Origin: Auanema rhodensis
Lineage: Eukaryota > Animalia > Nematoda
Assembly (NCBI GenBank): GCA_964057225.1
Contig: OZ059895.1
Coordinates: 8,308,001-8,372,000, forward strand
Direction: 5' to 3'
DNA length: 64,000 nt
Made by a program: the position numbers and the translations under genes. This document shows, in pieces, positions 12,801 through 24,184 of the stretch (within the stretch, counting starts at the first letter, position 1; every line of letters starts with the position of its first letter). The notes under the pieces were generated by a model. The model did not search any database. It worked only from the letters and a program-made list of their open reading frames with translations, and was not told the DNA's origin.

Positions 12801-15800
12801 GGAAAATGACTGGAGGTAAAAGCCGACACAAAGCGTTAGTACAAGACGTGAAACATGCATACAAGAGAAAATTCTCATACAAAGTTATAAGATGTTTCAA
12901 CATGCCTTGTCGTTTTTCAAGCTTGTTGAAGTAAGATGGAACAAAAGAAAAAGCATGAAATGACATTGTGATTGAGATACGGAAGAGTAAGAACTATTAT
13001 ATTTCCTTTATAAAAGAAACAACTGATTTTAGTTTCCCCCATGTGCTCAATGTGCTTCATTGAAATTGATTACGACACTCAAAACGGAAACCGTGCGAGG
13101 TCCATGATGATGATCAATGAGAAAAACGGAAATTTTTTCAGAAAACTAATCTTGAAGTTTCCGACGAGTCACCGAATTTGACCCTCTTAACTATATCCTC
13201 GGGGCATTTTCGCGCACTGGTGTGAACAAGCGAATAAAGCATAAATCGTATATAACATGCATCTTATTAACAAAAGAAAAACATAAAAGAATAGCGGCGT
13301 CATTTGAATGAGCATAAAGAAAGCTTGCCCAAGCATTGCAAAGGCTTTTAGTAAAATAACATCAAAATAAGTTATATACATATAATAAAGAAATCAATAT
13401 GAATTAAAAAAGATAAATAAACTAAAACTTATCAGTTTAGAATAAAGATCAACCGATCATCATTGTCTTTCATATTCAAATGACGCTATATTCACGTGAA
13501 GTGCACGTGTTAAAGTACATGTTTCCTTGTAAATTTGTAAATATTTTCGAAAATGAAAGTAAACTATAGGAAATTGAGGGCTAAATGAGTAAAATGAAAA
13601 ATAATTGAATAAGAACGTAAACAAGATCAGTTTTTTTTCTTGTAACTGTTCAGCCAATATTTATGTTTCATCAACAGGTGGGTGAGCAAATATGAGAAAA
13701 AAACAATAAATGTGTGTAATTCACCTTGAATAAATTAATAATTAGTATAATTAAATATATAAATTGCAATAAAACACATAGTAATCTGAGATATTTAGAG
13801 AATATAACTATATGATAGCATGATTACGTAATGGAAATATGAAAAAGCCTAAAACCATGGTTACCAGCCTGTGTGTTCATGGACATCTGATGTCAACGCA
13901 TCAGGTCGTCAACCTCGTCAGCATTCTGACGCAAGTTTACTTGTCAGATTAGTGTAAGATTAGAGTAAGCGATAACCGTAAATGGAAGATGATGGTGGAT
14001 GATAGATGATCCTGGAAGATGTGTCTCTAGCAATGGTTTGGCCATTGTCTTTTAGATGAGAAGTAAAATACAGAGACAGAGAAAAGAATAGGATGAAGAG
14101 AGAGGAGAGGCGTTAACGCGAAGAGCATAGGAGGAAATAGCACTGACAGGTATACTAAGGTGATGAGGCTACAGTCGAGCAGAGACACAAGACGACCCCA
14201 AGCAGTGTGGGCCAGACGAAGGATGGCAACATTAGGTCCACAGATGAACAGGAGGTGCCAGAATGACTATTATTATAACTATTATTACTATATGTATGTG
14301 ACACATGACAATAGATTAGGCTATTGCAGCAGCATGCAATTCTAGAATTCTATTCTATCCATCAGTTCGACAACTATAGTATCCAAGATGATGATGACGG
14401 TTCAAGACGAAGACGTTTACACGTGTGACAGATGTTGTTTCCATATATCCAGCTAATATCATATTCATCTTACATTCAATAAATGAATTCTGCATAGTCT
14501 GATCATCAGATGTATCTCAATACGTATGTCATGATACAATGTGCAAATTTGATTAAATGCTTTTCATACTAGACCTCCTCGCAGTTCTTCCTTCCTGTCT
14601 TGATTCACACGTCAGCGTGACAATCAGTTGACCCTTCCTTCTGAGCAGGTCGTCCTTCGTCAGCCGACATGACAACAACAACATCCCTACCACAACCACA
14701 ACCATCATCATCAACGGATCCGTCAAGCATGTCCTTCGTCGGATTAGCTTGATGCCGCAACAATACAGCGATGGAATCATCATTTTAACCTTGTCGTACT
14801 TGTCTTCTAAATCTTCTAAATCTTCATATTCTATAATAAGATTTGTTATTTGAATTGAATAGAAGATCGAGAGAAAAAGGATAGTAAGTATAAGATAGAA
14901 GTCACAATTCTAAAGATAGATGTCATTTGAATAACAACAAGTGAATAAATCTTATGAATTATAAATGAGATGAGTATTCATCTAACTTGTCAAGACATCA
15001 ACCATATACTTCATATCTTATATTCTTTTTTCTAAAGATTTCCAGCCTATTAAAAACTTTCTCTTTATATCTTTAATATATTAGCAAACAAAAAGAGAAT
15101 ATATAGTTAGCACCTCTCCAAATCTCCCAGGGACATTCATTGATTTAATGCATGATGCTCAGATAGTTGCAATTTCGTCATAATTCTTCCGTTGGGTAAA
15201 CGGCGAAATTTTGCTCATCCTCATATGCATACTCGAAGGTGTAATCATTTGAAATACCTATCAAACTGTTCCGTATGTCATATGGGTCGCACCAATATGA
15301 ATGCGATTTCTATAAATAAATGAAAAAGGAAGTTCTTTCATCAAATTCATATAACAAACCGGACAATTGTCGGCAAAATCAAAGCAAATCCAAAAATGCA
15401 CGACAATATTATCATTTGAATTGTAATACCAATCAGAGAAATGTTAATAGAAAAATGAAAAATGACTGATGATTGAGAAGAAACGAATTGAAAACAAGAA
15501 TGAGGTTTGCATGTGATGCAAAAAAACTTTTTTTTTTCTCAAAAAATGTCTTTGAGAAGACCTAGATTTTGAGAATTGTAACTGAGACAAGTGATTTGCA
15601 AACTAGTTGACATCAGGAATTAATGAGAGTTGGAGGTCAGTCAAATCGGCAGCTATGAAGACAAATAGCTTTTAATAAAGATGAAGTCAGCTATCAATAT
15701 GATCATGAATTGAATAAAGTTTAAAGACCATAAACATACTGTTGTTACGAATATGATTAAAGAAAAAATTTCTAATAGATGTTAAAGATTAAAAACAAAA

Positions 15801-15808
15801 AAGGAATT

Positions 15809-15817
15809 AGAGAGAGA

Positions 15818-15860
<43 letters not shown>
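15809..15860. repeat. (AG)n microsatellite
   Basis: Direct reading of the sequence. Confidence 0.95.
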
Positions 15861-15863
<3 letters not shown>

Positions 15864-18710
15864 GAGAGGAAGAGGGGAGGAAAGTAGAGGTAATATAACT
15901 ATACGAATATCGTATGTTTCATTGCCGGATTGGCATTTCTACAATTCATTTGTTCAAAAAAAAGAATTTTGAAATAGAATGGAATAGCAAGAGAGTGGTA
16001 AAGATAAATGAGAAATAACCTAAATGTCTTTTGAGTGAACTGGAGGTAGATGAAGGACATGTCGTGACAGTAAAAATCCAAAAAATAAATTTTCACATGT
16101 GATCATTAAGTTAAAAGATTTGAATTCTAATCTATATCTGGAAATCATAATAAATTCTGAAAAATTTGTAAGAATTAGATGAGATTCAGATGAAAATCAT
16201 TAAAAGTTCACGTAAATTCATGTTTATAACCGTGTGAAGGAATATAAATTAAGACTAATCTTCGAATAGATATGCTAATTAGGTTGTCATCTCTTTTGAT
16301 ATTGAAAATCTAAAAAAGGAATTCTCTAGACATTCAACATATACATATCTCTCTATCTTCACCACTTCACTATAATGTCGTATATCATGAGAATATTTCT
16401 GAGAAACTAGCAATCAAAATCTAGTCTACAGGGACAACAGTCATTATTTGACTTCAGGGGGTATAAGAGAAGAATATCTCATGAGTTATGAGGGAATTCA
16501 AAGTATCTACCACTGACGATATGTTATAGGATAAAGACGTCTTCGTCAAAAAGCTTCATCAACAAGATGATGAAGAAGAAGACAGCTGCTGACAATTAGA
16601 ACAAAGTTGGTGGAGCACGATGATGAACCAACAAGAAGAAAAAGGAAATGAAGAGGCCGAAAGAGCTTGCATGCCAGAGAGGGAGAGAGAGAGAGAGAGA
16701 AGCTGAGAGGATGTAGGAAAGAGGTCAGCAATACTAATTGGCTGGAAAGATACATCATATACACATACACACACGAGTAAATCTAATAAAACAACCTGTG
16801 CTGCCAAATCATTAGAAGCAGCCTGGTCTTAGTCTGTCTATTCTTTAAAAATCTTATTTCTTCTTCATAGTTCCTAATTATCTATTTGGTTATGTTCCTC
16901 TTAATTCCAAAATACAGTTAATTGAACCAGATAGAATAACGAATGCTAATCAACATTAGTTGTTTAGAGTATAATGAGTAGCTAGACAAGAACATTTGAA
17001 GAAAAAAAAACTTGTGTATCCATGCCTAAGCCATATGGAAGCTTTTGACATGGAACGAAAAAAAAAATTTAATTCATACTTAGTCAATAAGCTGGGAATG
17101 CTTGATAGATCAAGCTGAGAAGAGAAAAAGCAGCAGAATTAGAGGAAACACGGATGGCATTTCGTCAAAAAAAAAAAAAAAATTATTCATTCGTATATGG
17201 CTATTTATCAATTTTTATGACTTCTAATAGCTTCAGGGCATCAAGTAAATAAACCATGAAAAGTTAGAAGAATATCTAGTTAAACATCTAAATATTCCAT
17301 TTTTTTGCTTATTCAAAGCGTTTTTCGATTTGAGAATCGGATCATCAATAACAATAATGGAGCTGAAGAATAGTTAATTATGTGAAAACATAAGAAAATT
17401 CTCTAAACAACCTCAATATAATCCTGAATATTTATATTTATCGTTTAACTATATATATATAGTAAATTGTATAATTACTTTTAATTCAATAATCCTATAG
17501 ATATAGATAGTTAATTTGAATACAAATATAATGGATAAATAAGGAATAGCATTGAATGAATGCTAGAAAATTTATAAAATATAAATGTATATCTACTTAA
17601 CTATAATGAATATTGATAAAGAAACTTAAAAAATATAATTTTTTTTCGATCACATTGCAATTATTGATTCGAAAATTCTATATAATATCTTTAATAAACT
17701 ATAATTTTATAAATTACATACCTAGATAATTTCCGTTTAATTATTATTATTTAAATTATATTTTATTGATTGATTCATATATTTAAAGTTTTATTTGTTT
17801 AAATATAAAAATAATTTCACGTGAAGTTCACGTACATATACATAATTAACATAAATCATTTTTGTTTTAATTTATAAAAATGATCGGTTGATTATACATA
17901 TATTTATTATTATTATTTATAGTATTTTATATTTTTAAACAATAATTATTTAATTATTATCTATAATATCGTAAAATTACAGCATTCGAATTGAAGAAAA
18001 CTTGAGTGTTTTCTGATTCTTTTTGTGAAAAAAACGACGACAACGAAGAAGACATTTTTTTCAAATTTGTCTTTTCATCATGTTTCAATAAAATGAATGT
18101 TTTACTGTATATCAACATCCGGCATGTTAGAAGATGATGCTGATGACGTGATGATGACCTGTTGTTGTCCGCAGGGAGCTGTCATCGACTTTAGAGCGTA
18201 ATGTCTGCCTTCGGCAACCTTTCATCTTGTAGTTTTTTAATCCAAAAAAGGTTGTACATCGTATACCCTCCAGTTGTCTTTCTTTTGTATTGTATCTGAC
18301 CTAATCAGGAGAAGAAGACGAATAAGAAGAAGAGAAATAAGTAAATGAAGATGAACGAAATTGCTAAACGCAAGATAGTTAGTGATGTCGTTGAACTTTT
18401 TTTTAAAAATTCAATATAAACTTTTAGAATAATTAATATAATTTCTTATATTTTATTTACTATTAATTTATATTATATATTATATTATATTATATTATTT
18501 ATATTATAATTATGTTGTATATGTTGTCTATGTATGTACATGTGACAATATGTTGATCTTGATGATAGGCTGAGACAATTACGTTTAAAAGAGAAAAAAA
18601 AGGAAAATTTTGGTGTAACAATCAATGAAACCCGAAGGAGATGATGAAAACGACGATGATGATGACGACGTAGCCGATGGTAACGTTGATCAAGAGAAGA
18701 GCTTCTCTCT

Positions 18711-18726
18711 CCCCCCCCCCCCCCCC
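18711..18726. repeat. C16 homopolymer (G16 on minus strand, G-quadruplex-capable)
   Basis: 16 consecutive C; second C9 run at 18790-18798. Confidence 0.9.
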
Positions 18727-20493
18727 TCTTTCTATCTTTCTCTCTCTCTACATCTCCTTTTCTCTCTCAATCTTTCTTCAAGCATACTACCCCCCCCCAC
18801 CTCTTTTGCGCTATCACACACGTTTTCTATCATTCTTCTTCTAATTCTTCTGAAACATGCCTATAAGATACATCATATAGACACGTAAATCATCTTACTT
18901 TTCCAATCTTTACGTGCTTTTTTTAATCAAATTCATTTTCTTCTCTGAAAAGCATAGAGGACATTTATAACTTTTTTTTGTCTTTTACGCCTTTTTTTCT
19001 TCGGTATTCTTTACAAAATTGTTTCTTTGTGTGTCTGTGGCAATTTATTTTAAAAGCATTTCTCTCGTTTTTTTTTAAATTTGAAGATTATTTTTATTAT
19101 TTCATTATTATTATTATTATTATTATATATTACATATATAAACATATATATATATATATATATATATCTTCTTTCATAATTATGATGTCACTTATCTTTT
19201 TATTTTTCTAAATCATGATAAGATTATTATTTCTATTATCTTCTAATAGCTAAATACATACATACATACATATATTTTCCAACAGAATATATATATAAGT
19301 CACATGAAAAGGTTTTCTTTGTATCGATTTAATCGACTGAATTTCATTTACGATTTGGAGTTCATTAATCAATTTGAAAACGATTTGTCTTTAACTGTTC
19401 AATGACAATGATGACATACGTACGGTGTGAATGAAGTACGCCAGTTACAACATCTGATGCTTCCATTACATTTGGATTTGAGACTTGTAGTGCGTGGCAT
19501 AAGCTCTTATCATTCATAGATTACTTCAGTTCATTCAAAATTCAGTTGTTTACTTATCTTTTTCTCTCTCACTCTCTTTACATTTCATTCTCTCTCTCTC
19601 TCTGTGTCTCTTTCTATTGCTTCTTTCTTAATCTTTTCATCTTTCTACCTTATAACTATATCAAACATGAATGTTTTCTATTTATGAATCATTCTTATAA
19701 GCATTTATATTGATCTTATATTATATAAATATATTTATTTCAATTATCTATTAACCAAAATAAGCATTGCTTTTCATTACAAAAAAAAAAGTTTTTTTTT
19801 TCCTACAGTTGTTCGTCATTCAACACGGTTTTCAGTTTTTTCACGCCTTTCTCTCAACAGTTTTCTCGTTTCAGTTAGTTTGATATCAATATTTACATCC
19901 TATATCTTATATCTTATATATATATATATATATATCTTATATAATATATAATATTATATATTTTATAAAAATATTCATTTCAAGCAATATATTATCTTAA
20001 CCAATTAACTATCTAATGAAATCAGTAAGATTCTTATCTTTTTTACGTATGATGGCATTAGAAGATCGCCAAATATTTTTTAATATATTTCAAACTCTAT
20101 ACAACTATTTTATTTATTTTTTAATTAATTTTAAAATTAAAACTAAAAATATTCTTTTTTTTTAAATATTATAATTTGAATTTTTCTAATAATCTCCATA
20201 TATTGTGTTGATACGGTTTAGTTTATCTTATTAAATATTTTGACAATGATTGATATATCTATATGTATTTTATAAATATAAATGATAACAATATTTCGTA
20301 CAATATGTATTTATTTATTATAATTTATAAATTTTATTTATAAAATTATATTATTTTTTAATTTATTATAATTAAATATTATTTTTTTTATATAATCTTA
20401 ATCTTATATGTGAATATTTTTATTTTTTAATATATTATCTTTTCTTTTAGTTTGATATTTGGAAATGCTCGTCATGGATGTTACTTGATAATC

Positions 20494-21719
20494 ATGATTA
20501 TTCTATTCGTTCTCATTCTATTGATTAGTTTTGAGACATCAAGTACAGCTCCAGCTTCACCTATACCATGTCGATCAGTTAATGGCACAAGTATTAATTA
20601 TATATTATTATTATTATTATGAATAATATTTTAGGTTGTGGTATACACGTATTTCGTGTAGCTTTATCAAGTCGTCCGGAAGAACAAGGAGCTATAGTAC
20701 AAGTTAAACCACGTCGTAAATATGGTAATAATGTATATGCTCCAAGAGGACCATCAGACTCTTTTATAATAAAAGAAATAATGGATGCAATGCCTGGTGA
20801 TGTTGATCCTAAAGTTCGAGTAAGTTTATCTTACAGCTTTATCACTCTTACTTCAATAAGAGAGACACAGAGATTTATCTCATTTTTTCATTTTTAGGAT
20901 CGAATCAAGGATGCTGACTTTGTGATGCGTCCTGAAGAATCTCCAATAGTCTTAGAAGGTCGTGATCCTGTGCCTGCTAACTTTCATAAGCCTCAAGTAC
21001 CGGCTATATCAATACCTTCTCAACTGATTCCCTCTCCTACATCATCGTCATCGTCATCCTCCTCCTCATCGTCATCCTCATCCTCTTCATCCTCGTCATC
21101 ATCATCATCAGCCACCTCATCGTCGTCTTCATCACAAACAACAGCGCCTTCTGGAATAAATGTAAGTATAATTAACATATAGATTGAATAATTTTTATTT
21201 TTTAGATTCTAATGCGTGATAGTCGTTCAACTTTTCTTATTTTACTTTGTCTTATTGTTGGTATTATTGTTGGAATATGTGTTAGTGTCATATCATGTGT
21301 CATTTATATATTTTCCAGAAAACCTATTATAGAACGGTAATATCTTCAAATATTTTAACCTTTTTTCATCTGAAACTTCTCTTATAGAACAGAAAATACA
21401 GAAATTTATCGTAAACTGACGGATTCTGAGCGTAAACAACGCGAAGTTCAACAACGTGCTCATGAGCCACGACAATTACGTCGAAATCCCATGATACGTA
21501 TGTCATCTGGACAATCAAGCACATGTGATTTCACGTTGTCACGTAAACTTCATGCAACTTCACGTACATAGAACATTATTTCTGAAATTATAGTAAAAGA
21601 ACTTCATTACAGATGCAAGTTTGCGAAACATAGGATCCGCAATACAGCCTCGTCCACCACGTCGTGATAATCTGTCATTGGCTACGAGCCGTGATAGCCG
21701 TGAACCACTTATGGAATGA
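20494..21719 (+). CDS. Uncharacterised single-pass (type I) membrane protein with poly-Ser stalk; about 6 exons
   Basis: Stitched translation MIILFVLILLISFETSSTAPASPIPCRSVNGT/..CGIHVFRVALSS..KVR/DRIKDADFVMRPEESPIVLEG..SSSS..SGIN/ILMRDSRSTFLILLCLIVGIIVGICVSVISCVIYIFSRK../TENTEIYRKL../..DSREPLME*; signal-peptide-like N-terminus, one TM helix; ORF fragments 20619-20897 and 20922-21182. Confidence 0.75.
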
Positions 21720-22149
21720 TCTCTCAGTCTTTTTGACCTTCTTTTCAGCCCTTTTCTTCATTTCCCTACATTTCATTAAACATGAATATCATATAGTTAA
21801 ATAGATATCAACATAATCAATTTTCTACGTGTGTCACCGTTCTAGTACAAAAACTGAAAAAGTTTGCTCAACATTATTTTTTTTTCTTAAAACATTTTTT
21901 TTTTCAAATATCAAAATATTTAGTTCAATTTTATATATTTTTCTTTATATATATATAATATACATATTACTATATCTTATCAGCAGATCAAATCAAATGT
22001 TCTCAAAGACCAAATTCATAGATTATATCATCTCATTTATGAATTGTTTCTTCTCATTATAAATAAATAAATATATTTTTTTCTTTTAATTATAATATTT
22101 ATTATTATTTTTTTAATTTTATTTTTATTTATTATAACATTTTTTGTTA

Positions 22150-24148
22150 TTAATTTGGTGTAAAAAAGATGACGGGCTTTGATATACTTGTTCCACCTGG
22201 TCCTCGTCTACCACTGGGTGGTCTTGGCCTAGTCTTTGTTAAATGTACAAGAACTCCAAAAACGGGTGGAGCATCCAAATCAATAGCATATTCTTCTGAT
22301 GTAATACCTATAATTATTAATTATGCATAGTTAAATAAGTTATTTATATATATAGTATACCAGCTGAGTTTTCGTCTGATGATGATAAATCTTCTGATGA
22401 AGCAACAGGAGCTAAAGGCGGAAGTTCTTGTATTAGACGCTCTCTGCAAAGTAATTTTATGAAATAAGGATGTTAATTGAATGAAAATTATAGAAAATAT
22501 ACTTTTGTTTTCCAAGGAAATCTAATTGTTCTTCAAATAACTGCTTAGCTGTTCCAATATTAGATGGTATCTGTTCTTCTTCCGACTGTTGTCGATGTTC
22601 TTCAATAAGTTTCAAATTGGCTGATACCTAAACAAAAGTTCAACTAAGTTTTAAAGTTTAAAACTATAAAAAACCTTTTGACTAGCATCTTCTAACTGAA
22701 CAATATTGATCAGTGTTGTTTTATATTGACGAAGTTTTTCTTCAATTAAAGTTTGAACACATATAGCTTGACGTGATACATCATTTAATTGTTCCTTAAA
22801 ATATTTTTTTTAATATATTTAATTATAATAATTATAATTATACTTGAGCATGTACTGATTCTTGTCTTCTAAGTATACATGGACCAAAGATAAGAGCAAG
22901 ATTTGATGGACCCATCTTATTAACAGCTTCCTTTAAATATTTTAATTTTTATAAATTTAATTATAAAAATTTATATTAAACCTGATGAGCAACACGAGCT
23001 AAATGAAACATTAATCGATCTAATAATGATCGATTCTGTTTTGGAAGTAAATCAATCATAACTGATAAACATCGACCACGTTCAAATCCATCTTCAACTT
23101 CTGAAAAATAAAATGAAAATATTTAAAAAAAAAAAAATTTTAACCTGAAACATTTAAAAAATTTTCATAAAGATCAAAAGTTATTAATGGTTCTGGCATT
23201 TCACGAAAGAATGATTTAATCAAAGTTGATAACACATGAACAGGCATATCATCCAATGCAACACTTTCTTTATCTAAATATAGATAAACGATTGTTAGAT
23301 AGAGCTTAAAGCTTGAACAGCTTTGTATTACCTGGAGCCATATCAATTGAACGTCGTGAGCTTCGTACTTGAGCTATTGATCCACTTTTCCTTAAGAAAA
23401 TATAAAAATTAATTTAATTTATATAAATAGTATTTACCTATATATTCCTTCAACAAATAATGCTCTTGTTTCAATATTCATAAATAGTTTATCAATTAAA
23501 GGTGGAATTGAATTATCACCATCATCAACTAAAGAATTAAGTGAAACACCAAAAAATCGTCCTTTTGACTGAAAAATAATAAAATAAATTATGATAATTG
23601 AATAAAGAAATATACAACTTACCTCAGCATTTCGAGCATTTTGAAGATTTTGACCAACAAGAGCACATTGTTGGGTAAGTTTTGAATGACATTTCTTATG
23701 ACATGATATGCGACAAGCTATACAGATTAATATCTTTTCAGCATGCCACATGAACTGATTACAGGATTCACAATATGTTGGAACATGAACGATATCAGAA
23801 CGGAAACGATGTCCAGCATGCATCTGAAAACAAATATTTTTGAAAAAATCGTCAAAATGATATAAACAAAGAAAACATTTACAACTTGGACAACTACTGT
23901 ATGCATTTTTCCAGAAAAAATAATTTTTTTTCTTAAAAAAAAAAAACTTTTTATATTATTTAGTTTAATTTAATTTCCATATTATATTTTAAAAAGGAAA
24001 TTATACAGATGATGACGACGACGACGATAACGATGACTACAACAACGAGAATCTGTTTCATAGGTGATGGTTATGCTTGAAAACATAAGGGAATACGAGA
24101 AAATCATTACTACATCTCATTTAACTTCTATACTAACTATTCATATAG

Positions 24149-24184
<36 letters not shown>

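Noticed and set aside
5400-20400. Many 60-117 aa ORFs (e.g. 6615-6968, 7972-8316, 9644-9901, 16546-16807, 18625-18888)
   Set aside because: Translations of CT/GA microsatellites and T-rich sequence (LSLSLF, FFFF); no splice structure or domain
21510-21625. ITIM-like STYASL in the orphan membrane protein tail
   Set aside because: Appears only if the weak donor at 21525 is used; the other three in-phase donors give His instead of Tyr
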